A stretch of DNA of 64,000 nt from Opitutus sp. Lineage in GTDB: Bacteria > Verrucomicrobiota > Verrucomicrobiia > Opitutales > Opitutaceae. A program made the position numbers and the translations under genes. Location of the stretch: the NCBI GenBank assembly GCA_025361365.1, contig JANYAM010000218.1, forward strand, positions 1,642-65,641, read 5' to 3'. Below the pieces are notes generated by a model. It was not told the origin of the DNA, ran no database searches, and saw only the letters and a program-made list of their open reading frames with translations. This document shows positions 1-8,792 of the stretch, piece by piece. Numbering within the stretch: the first letter of the stretch is position 1; the number at the start of each line of letters is the position of its first letter.

Positions 1-74
1 CGCCTAGCGGGGCCGCCGTCCCCGCCGCCCCGGCCGCCCCCGCCCCGCCCAAGGACAAGGACGGCAAGGGCTGA
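1..74 (+). CDS. 3' end of an upstream gene, partial (Pro/Ala-rich tail ...AAPAAPAPPKDKDGKG-stop)
   Basis: Open frame from the window edge to TGA at 72-74. Followed by hairpin CCTTTGCC-N9-GGCAAAGG (83-107). No recognisable family. Confidence 0.25.
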   Translation, partial: PSGAAVPAAPAAPAPPKDKDGKG

Positions 75-152
75 GGTAACCTCCTTTGCCCGCAGGCTTG
101 GCAAAGGGCGCGCGGCCGGGCAATAAGCTCGGCCATCGGTTGGACCGGCACG

Positions 153-413
153 TTGACCCTCCTCAACTTCGACGGGAGCGACAGCTTCAGCGTTGGCACC
201 ACCAGTGGCGGCCTGACCAGCCCGCAGCTCAGCCTGATCGACATCAACGGCTTCATCGCCGTGATCGATGCCGGTGGCTATATTACTCAAAGCAGCACTG
301 TCTTCTCCGCCGTCCCCGAGTCCTCGACCTATGCCGCGCTGGCGAGTCTCGCTGCACTCGGGCTCGCCGCCTATCGCCGCCGCCTAGAAGTCCAGGCCCA
401 GCAGCAGCTTTAA
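153..413 (+). CDS. PEP-CTERM sorting-domain ORF (C-terminal anchor only; possibly a remnant or mis-started)
   Basis: C-terminus VPESSTYAALASLAALGLAAYRRR matches the PEP motif + TM helix + Arg cluster pattern. TTG start, no signal peptide, only 86 aa, so the true N-terminus is doubtful. Confidence 0.5.
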   Translation: MTLLNFDGSDSFSVGTTSGGLTSPQLSLIDINGFIAVIDAGGYITQSSTVFSAVPESSTYAALASLAALGLAAYRRRLEVQAQQQL

Positions 414-425
414 GCGCGTGTAGTC

Positions 426-1441
426 CTACGCCGTGCCGTCGGGGCTGCCGCGACGGAGCTCGTGCCGGATCGCCGTGCTGAACGTCTCCGTAAATTTCTT
501 CGTCAGCTCGACGCGGTTCTCCCAGCCGTCGTTCTGCGAGGCGAACGAGTAGTAATAGACGCCGCGCTCGGTCAACAGCATGCCCCAGGGCAGCCGGCTC
601 TCGGTCTCGACGAACGCCGCCTCGGACGTGCGAGCATTGTGCGACTCCGGGGGCGAGGTGTTCCAGACATCGAACAAGTTCTCGGACACGCCGACGCGCA
701 GTTTGCGGGATGGCGTCGCGAGCAGGCTGATACCGGTGCCGATTTCCTGCTGGAGCAGCACGTAGTCGGCGGGCACGCCGGCTTTGAAGCTCGCCCGGTT
801 CCATTCCAGCGTGGGCCGGTATTGGATGAAGCTGGTCTTATGCTTGAAATCGTGGCGCCACAACCCGTCGGCTTTCAGGGTATCGGTGGTGGTGAGGTCG
901 TTGGTCTGGTTGAAGTCGTAGTGGCCATTGAGCTGCACTTCGTCGGCCGTCCACTTGCGGCCCAGCCGCCCTTCGAGCGAAAGGTTGCTGCGGTCGGCCG
1001 TGTCCGACACCACCTCTGTGGAAAACGCCAGTCGCCCGTGCCAGGGGCCGAAATAGTCCCGTAGTTTGGCCACCAGCTGCGCGGGCGAGAACATCTCCCA
1101 GCGAGAAACCCGCTCGGCGTCGGCGCCCTCGGTCGTCTTTTTTTCCACTGCTCTTCCTGGGACACGGGCGAAGGTGGCGGGGCGGCCATGGACGCGACGG
1201 GCTTCTGTGCCTTGATCACCACGGCGTGATCGGCCGGCACCTGCAGCAACCCGAAGCGGTCAGACTGGAATACCAGGACGTCGCCCTCCTGACGGAGCAT
1301 CTTGCCCTGCACACGGTCGCCATCCTTGTAGACCAGCACGTCGTGCGTGGGCATCCCCGCCTCGGCCGGCTCGGCGGCCCGACTCACAGCGAGGCCCCAG
1401 ACCAGCCAAATGATGAAACTTCCAAGCAATGCGCGACTCAT
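426..1441 (-). pseudogene. DUF481-family outer-membrane protein split by a -1 frame change at an A7 run
   Basis: ORF 875-1441 supplies a signal peptide and a small beta domain (DVLVYKDGDRVQGKMLRQEGDVLVFQSDRFG). ORF 426-1148 supplies the DUF481 barrel. The intact paralog at 4564-5619 has both parts in one frame. The frames meet at T7 (plus strand 1138-1144). Confidence 0.55.
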
Positions 1442-1571
1442 GTCGATCCGAGGTATTCATTTGGCGCTTGTTTCAAAGTTTTTTCGCCCGCCAGTGACAG
1501 ATATTTTCAAGCCGCGACGGTCCCGGAAATGATTTGCCCGGACCTTCAACCCACCCCGTCATGGCAGGGCA

Positions 1572-2789
1572 ATGAATCTTCCACATTTTTTTTGCCCCAT
1601 GCTGGTCACGCTGCTGCTGGGCGCCGTGGCTTCGCCGGCCGCCAACCCCGTTGTGGCCGTCGCCGCGCTGGTCGCCCCGGGGGCCATGGGCTCATCCCTC
1701 ACGCTCGCGCCCAACGGCACGTCGTTCCTGTGCTGGCTCGAGCCGGCCGGCGGCGAAGTCTGGGCCGTGAAATTCAGCCGGTTCGATCCCGCCCGCCGGG
1801 ATTGGGGCACCGCTCAGGTGATCGCGCAAGGCCTGGGTTTCTTCACGAACTGGGCCGATTTTCCCCAATTCGTTATCGCGCGCGACGGCCGGCTGACCGC
1901 CGTATGGTCGGTCAACAACCCGGCCCACCACGCCGCGACGGTCGGCGGCCACCACGGTCCGGGGTATCGCGCGGTTTACGCCAGCTCCGCCGACGGCGGG
2001 GCGACGTGGACCCCCGAACTGCCGGTCAGCGACGAATCCCTCCCGGTCGAGTTTGTCGCGCTGCAGCCGCTGCGCGACGGACGCGTGCTCGCGGCCTGGC
2101 TTGACGGCCGGAACCATGATCGCTCGGCGCTCTACGCCCGCGTGCTCGGAGCGCCCGGACCGGATGTGTTGGTGGATAGCTCGGTTTGTGACTGCTGCCA
2201 GCTTTCCTTCGTGCCGACGACCGATGACGGCGCCCTGCTCGCCTATCGCGGCCGCACCAGGGACGAGATCCGCGACATGCAGCTGGCCCGCTTCGATGGC
2301 CAGGCGTGGCAACGGCCCGTGACCCTGAATGCCGATGGCTGGAAAATCACAGGTTGCCCGGTCAACGGCCCGCAACTGGCCGAGTGCGGCGATCTGATCG
2401 GCGCCGTCTGGTTCACCGCCGCGGATAACCAGCCCCGGGTGCTGGCCCGCGTGTCGGACAATGCCGGCGACAGCTTCGGGCCGGTGGTGCGGGTGGATCT
2501 CGGGCAACCGCAGGGCCGCGTAGACAATGTCATGCTCGCCGACGGCACGCTGGTGATGACCTGGCTGGAGATGGCCGGCAAGGAAACGGGCCGGGAAGGC
2601 GGCATCTACCTGCGCACCCTTTCCCTCGAGGGCCGGCTGTCGGAGCCGCTGCTGGTTGCGCCCAGCAGCACCGAGCGCATGAGCGGTTTTCCCCGGATGG
2701 TCCTGCAGGGTAAGAGACAGGTGCTCCTGACCTGCACCCGGGAGGGCCCGGTTTCGCGCCTCGCCACATTCTTGATCGACGTAAAATAA
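1572..2789 (+). CDS. Secreted BNR/Asp-box repeat (sialidase-like beta-propeller) protein
   Basis: N-terminal signal peptide. Asp-box-like motifs SSADGGATW and SDNAGDSF. Overall resembles the BNR repeat-like domain family. Confidence 0.65.
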   Translation: MNLPHFFCPMLVTLLLGAVASPAANPVVAVAALVAPGAMGSSLTLAPNGTSFLCWLEPAGGEVWAVKFSRFDPARRDWGTAQVIAQGLGFFTNWADFPQFVIARDGRLTAVWSVNNPAHHAATVGGHHGPGYRAVYASSADGGATWTPELPVSDESLPVEFVALQPLRDGRVLAAWLDGRNHDRSALYARVLGAPGPDVLVDSSVCDCCQLSFVPTTDDGALLAYRGRTRDEIRDMQLARFDGQAWQRPVTLNADGWKITGCPVNGPQLAECGDLIGAVWFTAADNQPRVLARVSDNAGDSFGPVVRVDLGQPQGRVDNVMLADGTLVMTWLEMAGKETGREGGIYLRTLSLEGRLSEPLLVAPSSTERMSGFPRMVLQGKRQVLLTCTREGPVSRLATFLIDVK

Positions 2790-2950
2790 TCCGCCGGTTG
2801 CGAAACGGATGGTTCGTCGCGTGGCGGTCTGGGAAAATCCCCAGTCGGACCGTGGGGGTCGCGGCGCGGTGTCGGGAGCGGGGCGGTGCTGACGCACGCA
2901 ACACTTGCCAGCCGCAAGGGGGGCGCTTTGCTCCGCGTGTCACCTCCCTC

Positions 2951-4393
2951 ATGCCGCCTCCGGCCATTTCCCTGCCTCCCACCAGTCTCTTGATCGCCCT
3001 CACGGGCGGCCCCGGCAGCAGCAAGACCCGCGTCATGGCGGAACTGGCCACCGCCCAGCTTGCCCGCGGCCAGCGGGTCGAGGGCGTGCTGTCGATCGCG
3101 GGCAACCGACAAACGCCGCACCAGGGTGCCAGCGAATACTGGCTGCGCTTCATCGGCAGCGACATCGAGGTGCCTTGGGCCATGCGCGACGAGGCGTTGA
3201 CGCCGCCGTATTTTTTCGAGCCCGGCACGGCGAAAAAACTGCACGCTTGGGCGGAGCGTCTCGGCAGCCTGCCGCCGCCCCCGCTGCTGCTGTTGGACGA
3301 ATTCGGCAAGTTCGAGCTCCGCGGCCTGGGCCTGATGCCCGTCTGGCCGCTGCTGGTGGCGGCCGCGCCGGCCGTCGTCGTGCTTACTGTCCGAGATGAC
3401 CTCGTCGGCAACATTGAGGCGCTGCTCGGGCGGAAATTCGACGTGTGCATCCCCGCCCAGGCGCCCGACGCCCTCGACCGGTTGCAGCGGACCTGCGAGG
3501 ATTTCGGCGAATGGACGCGCATCGGCCTGTTCGGCGGCGCGTCCGGCGGCCTGGAGATGACGGTCGGCTCGGCGCTGCATGCCGCCAAGTTCCCGGTGAG
3601 CGGGCTGGTCATGTCGTCGCTGCAGGCGGCGATGATGGTGTTCGCCGGCACCGGGCTGAGCCAGCCCGGCCGCGTGGTCTGGGTGCCATTCATCTCCGGC
3701 GGCCTGAAGGCGCTCTCGCCCGCGGGCAACCGCGTGCGCCCGATGATCGCCATCATCATGCAGGGCCTGCTGTTCGGCGGCACCGTGCAGGCGCTCGGCT
3801 GGAATTTCCTCGCGCTGGGCCTGGGCGGCGCACTGGTCGGCGCGTGGGCGGCGCTGCAGGGCTTCCTGCTGCAATACCTCATGATGGGCAACGAACTCGT
3901 CCGCGCTTACGACACTGTCGTGCTGTGGCTGGCCGACCGCTGGCAGATCACCGCGCCGGGCCTGCCCTGGCTGGTGGGAGCGTGGGCGGTGCTGCACGCC
4001 GCCGTGGCCGCGAGTGCGGCCCTGACGGCCTGGCACCTGCGCCGCCCGCCCGCGGCGCTGCAACGCATCATTGAAAAGGAAACGACGCGGAGCCCCGCGT
4101 CGGCGACCGCCGCGACGGAGCGGCCGGGCTGGGTCCGCCGCCTGCGCGAGTTCGGTCGGTGGCAGTTCTGGCTGCCCCTGCTGGTCGTCGCGGCCATCCT
4201 GCTCGGCAGCGGCCGGCCGTGGGAGAGCGTCGCCTGGCTGGTGCTGCGCTGCTTCGCGGTCGGCAGTGTGCTGATCGCCTTGGTCTCGCTGTTGCGCCCG
4301 GTGCGCTGGGCGGAAGCCCTGCGGCGGCGCGGCTGGTGGGGGCCGGCGCTTGCGCTGTCCGGCGCGCTGGAGCGACGCGACGCGACCAAATAA
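2951..4393 (+). CDS. P-loop NTPase (THEP1/DUF2478-like) fused to a polytopic membrane domain
   Basis: Walker A GGPGSSKT and Walker B-like LLLLDEFGKFEL in the first ~170 aa. Then at least 6 predicted hydrophobic helices (e.g. MIAIIMQGLLFGGTVQALGWNFLALGLGGALVGAWAAL). Start placed at ATG 2951; the ORF track's 2798 start adds an Arg-rich leader. Confidence 0.6.
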   Translation: MPPPAISLPPTSLLIALTGGPGSSKTRVMAELATAQLARGQRVEGVLSIAGNRQTPHQGASEYWLRFIGSDIEVPWAMRDEALTPPYFFEPGTAKKLHAWAERLGSLPPPPLLLLDEFGKFELRGLGLMPVWPLLVAAAPAVVVLTVRDDLVGNIEALLGRKFDVCIPAQAPDALDRLQRTCEDFGEWTRIGLFGGASGGLEMTVGSALHAAKFPVSGLVMSSLQAAMMVFAGTGLSQPGRVVWVPFISGGLKALSPAGNRVRPMIAIIMQGLLFGGTVQALGWNFLALGLGGALVGAWAALQGFLLQYLMMGNELVRAYDTVVLWLADRWQITAPGLPWLVGAWAVLHAAVAASAALTAWHLRRPPAALQRIIEKETTRSPASATAATERPGWVRRLREFGRWQFWLPLLVVAAILLGSGRPWESVAWLVLRCFAVGSVLIALVSLLRPVRWAEALRRRGWWGPALALSGALERRDATK

Positions 4394-4413
4394 CAGGATC
4401 GCCGTCCGTTTGT

Positions 4414-4475
4414 TGTGGGTCGGGCTTTATGCCCGACAATCACGCCTGCATGTCGGGGATAAACCCCGACCTACA
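4414..4475. repeat. REP doublet (two inverted GTGG/GTAG-headed hairpin units)
   Basis: tGTGGGTCGGGCtttatGCCCGACa (4414-4438) and the inverted unit tGTCGGGGataaaCCCCGACCTACa (4451-4475), between convergent genes. Confidence 0.6.
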
Positions 4476-4493
4476 ATAACCCAGGCCAAATAA

Positions 4494-4519
4494 AAGCGGG
4501 GCCGGTGAAGGCCCCGCTT
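4494..4519 (-). terminator. Rho-independent terminator for the DUF481 gene
   Basis: AAGCGGGGCC-ggtgaa-GGCCCCGCTT. On the minus strand it is followed by TTTTATTT. Confidence 0.5.
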
Positions 4520-4563
4520 GGGAGATGAGGCGCTCGCCGCGCCGTCGCTCGGAGAGCGAAGGC

Positions 4564-5619
4564 TTACTTCCAGTTGAGGATCAGGCTGGTGAAGTAGAGC
4601 GTGTCGAGCCGGTCGATGCCGGGCTGCGGCTTGCTGGTGTAATCGTTGCTGATGCCGGTCTTGAGTTTCCACAGGGAGGCCGTGATCGGCAGCTCGTAGG
4701 TGGTCTCGTGGTGCAGGCGGTAGTTGCTGAACTCCTTGAACGCGGGCGTGTAGGTCAGGAGGTTGTTCAGCCGGCCGTTGCCGAAGGTGTAGCCGTGAAT
4801 CAGGGCGAAATCCAGGCCGGGCGAGTCGAACTTGGTGCCGTTGGCGTAGCTCTCGTAGATGTAGCTCACACCCGCGCGGAGCTCGAGGTCCTGCAGCTTC
4901 TTCTTGATGACCTTGTGGCCGACACCGAAGGCCGTGGAGGAGCGGAGGTCGAGGGCCTTGATCGTGTCCTTCTCGATCGAGGTGCGGGCATACCAGACGT
5001 CCTTCGGGGAGAAGAACGCGGAGTAGTCGGCCCCCGCGAACTGCCGGTTCGCGGTCTCGACGCCGTTGTCTTGGGCCTTCTCGGCCTGGAGGACGAAGAT
5101 CAGCTTGTCCTGGGCGCTCTCGAGCGTGGCCTTGAGGCCCACGGCGCCGGCGAACTTCTCGCTGCCGCCGGTCCGGCCGTTGATGGCGACGGAGGCCTCG
5201 TAGGCCCACTTGCGCTCGAGCTTGGCCGCCTGCTCCTTGAGCTGGCGGGTCGCGGGGCTGTCGGCGCCAGCGCGCCAGACGGCGGTCACCTTGTCAGTGT
5301 TGGCGGCGAGCTGGCCGTCCGGGGCCGCGACGGCGATGCCGGCCGGGGTGGCCTGCACGGGACCGAGCACGGTGCTGCCGGAAGCGAGCTGGACGTTCAC
5401 GGCCTCGTCAGTGGTGAAGCTCTTGATCTTGCCCTGTGCGATCTCGATCGTGCCGGCGAAGCTGGTCTCGACCTTGAACTTGCCTTCCTCGGCGGAGAGG
5501 AGCTTGCCGTAGACAACCGAGCCATCGACGAGCTCGACGCGGTCGGCCGCACGGGCGGCGAGGCCCAGCGCCAGGGCCAGCGTGACAGGGAAAAGATTTT
5601 TCAGGAGTGAGTGCTTCAT
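4564..5619 (-). CDS. DUF481-family outer-membrane beta-barrel protein (intact paralog)
   Basis: Start at ATG 5619 (MKHSLLKNLFPVTLALALGLAARA signal peptide), in frame with ORF 4564-6228. C-terminal ...LYFTSLILNWK is typical of a barrel terminus. Confidence 0.75.
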   Translation of the reverse strand: MKHSLLKNLFPVTLALALGLAARAADRVELVDGSVVYGKLLSAEEGKFKVETSFAGTIEIAQGKIKSFTTDEAVNVQLASGSTVLGPVQATPAGIAVAAPDGQLAANTDKVTAVWRAGADSPATRQLKEQAAKLERKWAYEASVAINGRTGGSEKFAGAVGLKATLESAQDKLIFVLQAEKAQDNGVETANRQFAGADYSAFFSPKDVWYARTSIEKDTIKALDLRSSTAFGVGHKVIKKKLQDLELRAGVSYIYESYANGTKFDSPGLDFALIHGYTFGNGRLNNLLTYTPAFKEFSNYRLHHETTYELPITASLWKLKTGISNDYTSKPQPGIDRLDTLYFTSLILNWK

Positions 5620-5733
5620 AGTGAGTCGGTGGTTCAACCAACGGATTCCGGCGGTTTCAACCCCAAAGCGGCCGGGCGGGCCGCCGCCGGCTTCCGGGTT
5701 GCGCTTTCGCCGGGCAGTCAGTTGCTTACCCGC

Positions 5734-6351
5734 ATGCCGACCCGCGCCTGGTTTCCCACCTTGATCTACCACGAGCCGCTGTTGCGCGCCGGGCTGGAGC
5801 GCTTCAACGCCGGACTCGCCGACGAATGCCGCAACCTCCGCGACTACGATGCCGCCGGCCGGCGGTGGTCGGCCAAACATTATCCCGGCGGTTACACCTC
5901 CTACGCGTCGCTCAACCAGCTGCACAAGTTCTCCTCCACCTTTGCCGGGCTGGAGCGGAAGCTCACGGCGCATGTGCGGAAGTTCGCGGCGCAACTCGAC
6001 ATGGATCTGCGCGGCCGGACCATCACCATGACTGATTTCTGGGTGAACATCATGCCCGAGCACACCGCGCACAGCCTGCACCTGCACCCGTTGTCGTTTA
6101 TCAGCGGCACCTATTATGTCGCCACGCCACGCGGTTGCCCGGGACTGAAGTTCGAGGATCCCCGCCTGAGCAAATTCATGGCCGCCCCGCCCAAGAAGGC
6201 CGCCGCCCGGCCGGCCAACCGGCCGCACATCACCTACCCCGCCAAGGCCGGCCAGGTGATCCTATTCGAAAGCTGGCTACGCCACGAGGTGGCCGCCAAC
6301 CGGACGACGGCCGAGCGGATTAGCGTCAGCTTCAATTACAACTGGAGCTGA
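5734..6351 (+). CDS. 2OG-Fe(II) oxygenase family protein (TIGR02466/PF13759-like)
   Basis: HLHPLSFISGTYYV and FESWLRHEV motifs (His-x-His ... His). Start at ATG 5734 (MPTRAWFPTLIYHEPL). Confidence 0.7.
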   Translation: MPTRAWFPTLIYHEPLLRAGLERFNAGLADECRNLRDYDAAGRRWSAKHYPGGYTSYASLNQLHKFSSTFAGLERKLTAHVRKFAAQLDMDLRGRTITMTDFWVNIMPEHTAHSLHLHPLSFISGTYYVATPRGCPGLKFEDPRLSKFMAAPPKKAAARPANRPHITYPAKAGQVILFESWLRHEVAANRTTAERISVSFNYNWS

Positions 6352-6411
6352 GTTAACGCCCCGGCCAATTTCCGGAAACAATCGGCGCGAATGGGCGTCA
6401 GACTCCGCGCG

Positions 6412-7170
6412 ATGACACACTCCTTGCGTTCCTGCATTCGCGGCAGCCTTGGGCCGACCGCCGTTACTTTGACTCTTTTTCTCGCCGGCTGCAGCAGCGA
6501 CTCCGGCCCGGGTGACCGACCGGCGTCCGCGATGCCGCGCAAGCGCCCCACCCCGATGGCGGGACAGGAAACTTTCTTCGACGGCCAGATCCTGGCCGAG
6601 ATCAAGGTCGGCACCGACGGGGTGCCCGAGGCCGCGGCCAGCGAAGGCGGCAAGGACGGCGGAGATGGCCGCTCGTCACGCGGCGGCGGTCACGGCCAGA
6701 TGGGCCTCTCCGGTGGTGCGGGCGGGATGGGTGGCAACATCAGCGGCGGCTTTGGCGGCGGCGGCGGGGGTGGCGGCCGCGGCCGACGCGGTGGTGGCGG
6801 CGGCGGCGGCGGCGAGGGTGAAGGCGGCGAGCGGCCAAGCCCCGGCCCGCGCCCGGGCATGATGGCCCACGGCCGGCCGGTGATGATCCACCTGCGCTTT
6901 ACCAACCAAGGTTCGGCGCCCGTCACGCTGGTCATCGACGACTTTGTCTCGCTGCTCGGCAATTTTGCCGTCCGGCCCGAACAACTGGTCCTCGCGCCGG
7001 GCCAGGCGCTGGAGACCGAGCCGATGACCTCGCAGCTCACCGGCGCCCTGAGCGAGGCCGACGCGACCCTGGTTCTCCGGATCGGCGCCAAGGGCGAGAA
7101 AAAGACCTTTCGCCTGAATGCGCTGAAACCGGCGCCGGAACCGGAAGCGGCGCCAACCACTCAGCCCTGA
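6412..7170 (+). CDS. Lipoprotein with a Gly-rich low-complexity core
   Basis: Lipobox LFLAGC. Central GGFGGGGGGGGRGRRGGGGGGGGEGEGG encoded by GGC/GGT repeats (about 6745-6830). Confidence 0.55.
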   Translation: MTHSLRSCIRGSLGPTAVTLTLFLAGCSSDSGPGDRPASAMPRKRPTPMAGQETFFDGQILAEIKVGTDGVPEAAASEGGKDGGDGRSSRGGGHGQMGLSGGAGGMGGNISGGFGGGGGGGGRGRRGGGGGGGGEGEGGERPSPGPRPGMMAHGRPVMIHLRFTNQGSAPVTLVIDDFVSLLGNFAVRPEQLVLAPGQALETEPMTSQLTGALSEADATLVLRIGAKGEKKTFRLNALKPAPEPEAAPTTQP

Positions 7171-7256
7171 TCGAATTGCAGGCTCGGCGCTGGTCGCCGG
7201 ACCGGGTTTTATTCACCACGCGGTCCGCCGACCAGCGGCGACCCTACATTACCTAT

Positions 7257-7925
7257 TCAGGCGCCGAATCCGCCCAAGTCCTGAATCTCGTCGGAGGGGA
7301 AGACCAGCACCCCTTGCCCCGGCCGGCCGAACGAGCAGCGCAGCATCGCGCGCGCCACGACCCCGGCCTCGATCGCCCGGTATTTTCGCAGGCGGCCGAG
7401 CATGAGCGGCTCCGCCAGCCAGAGCACCGCCGCCATCACCCGCTCGCCGCTTCGCGGCTGGGCGCGCCGCCCGAGCAGCAGGCTGGGTCGGAAAATCGCC
7501 AGGGTCCCGAAGTCGAGGACCTGGAGCGCTTCCTCGGTCTCGCCTTTCACCCGGTTGTAGAAGAAACGCGACTGCGCATCGGCCCCCATCGAGGAAACGA
7601 AAAAGAAACGCTCGGCGCCGGCACGCTGCGCCGCCCAGGCGAAAGCCAACACCGCCGCGTGGTCGACGGCTCGAAACGCCTCGCGCGAGCCGGCCGCCTT
7701 GATGGTGGTGCCAAGGCAACAGAAGGCGTCGGTGCAGCGCAGATCAGCCCTCACCTGGTCCAGCGTCGCGAAGTCCGCGGTCACCGTCTCGAGCTTCGCG
7801 TGGGTCACCGCGGGCGGGCGGCGCCCGAGGGCGACCACGCGGTCATATTCTGCCGCGGCGAGCAGTTGCTCCAGCAGCAACCCGCCTACCAGTCCGCTTG
7901 CGCCCGCAATGAGTGCCGTGCCCAT
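7257..7925 (-). CDS. NAD(P)H-binding atypical SDR (HTATIP2/YraR-like)
   Basis: Start MGTALIAGASGLVGGLLLEQL (Rossmann GxxGxxG) at ATG 7925, in frame with ORF 7257-8141. Confidence 0.7.
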   Translation of the reverse strand: MGTALIAGASGLVGGLLLEQLLAAAEYDRVVALGRRPPAVTHAKLETVTADFATLDQVRADLRCTDAFCCLGTTIKAAGSREAFRAVDHAAVLAFAWAAQRAGAERFFFVSSMGADAQSRFFYNRVKGETEEALQVLDFGTLAIFRPSLLLGRRAQPRSGERVMAAVLWLAEPLMLGRLRKYRAIEAGVVARAMLRCSFGRPGQGVLVFPSDEIQDLGGFGA

Positions 7926-7964
7926 CGCATGAGCTTTCTCAGCCCGGGCGGCGCGGCAATCTTT

Positions 7965-8022
7965 TGTGGGAGCGAGCTTGCTCGCGACTGGGCCGGGTGT
8001 CGCGAGCAAGCTCGCTCCCACA
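7965..8022. repeat. REP doublet
   Basis: tGTGGGAGCGAGCttGCTCGCgac (7965-7988) and its inverted partner gtcGCGAGCaaGCTCGCTCCCACa (7999-8022). Confidence 0.6.
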
Positions 8023-8152
8023 GGGGCAAAAGTACCACGTCCCGGTTTCGGGAAAAAGGGGATGACCGCACACCACGGCATTTTCATCCCGAACTTCGGG
8101 GAGTTCGCCGTTCCGGAGTTGCGGGGCGGCCGCCACCGCATAGCTTGGCCGC

Positions 8153-8662
8153 ATGAAAAAGCTCGTCGAGTTGAACGATGAGACCTACGCGGCCCTGAAG
8201 CGGCTGGCGGTGGCCAAGAACCTGTCCCCCGCCGAGCTCATCGCCGCCCTCGTGAACGACGGCCGGCCGCCCCTCGGCGGCGACCTCCTGCTGTTTTATC
8301 TCACCAGCGGCGAGTTTCCGGCCACCGCCGACCCGGTCGATCGCTACCTCGCCCTGCTGGCGTGGTGCGCGACGAACTACGCCACGGATTTCGCCGACTT
8401 CATCTCGCACCAGGAAAGCGGACTGCACTACCTGATGTTCAACCGCGACGAGATCAACGAGGTGCGCGCCCGCAACCACGCTCGCCAGATCGACGGCACG
8501 CAGTTCTGGGCCGTGATGACGATCGACGACGCCACTCGCCGCCGTTTTGTCTGCCGCTTGCTGGAGTTCATCGGCTGCCACGACGAGACCGTGGTGCACG
8601 CCTGCCGTGCGCTCGGCCTGGGCGAGCCGGGTTCGTCCGGGTTCCGCCTGCTGAGCGCGTAG
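8153..8662 (+). CDS. SeqA-like protein (RHH-type N-terminus plus SeqA C-terminal DNA-binding-like domain)
   Basis: Compared by eye with E. coli SeqA as I recall it. MKKLVELNDETYAALKRL aligns to MKTIEVDDELYSYIASH. RYLALLAWC aligns to RFMLLLSTL. GTQFWAVMTIDDATRRRFVCRLLEFIGCHDETVVHACRAL aligns to GTPYWVITNTNTGRKCSMIEHIMQSMQFPAELIEKVCGTI. Confidence 0.6.
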   Translation: MKKLVELNDETYAALKRLAVAKNLSPAELIAALVNDGRPPLGGDLLLFYLTSGEFPATADPVDRYLALLAWCATNYATDFADFISHQESGLHYLMFNRDEINEVRARNHARQIDGTQFWAVMTIDDATRRRFVCRLLEFIGCHDETVVHACRALGLGEPGSSGFRLLSA

Positions 8663-8792
8663 CTGGTGGTCGCCGATTTCCATATCGGCGACTGGCGCTG
8701 GTGTGGAAACCAGCGCCCACCCCCGGCCCGCCGGGACGCGGGCCCTCCAAATTAGATTTGTCCGCGCGAAGCCCCTGCGTTCAACTGCCGGC

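Noticed and set aside
8667-8720. Two tandem hairpins after the SeqA-like gene (GTCGCCGA-N8-TCGGCGAC and GGCGCTGG-N8-CCAGCGCC) as a further REP doublet
   Set aside because: They lack the GT(A/G)GG head in the expected position. They may be an ordinary terminator, and the evidence is too weak to call a family member.
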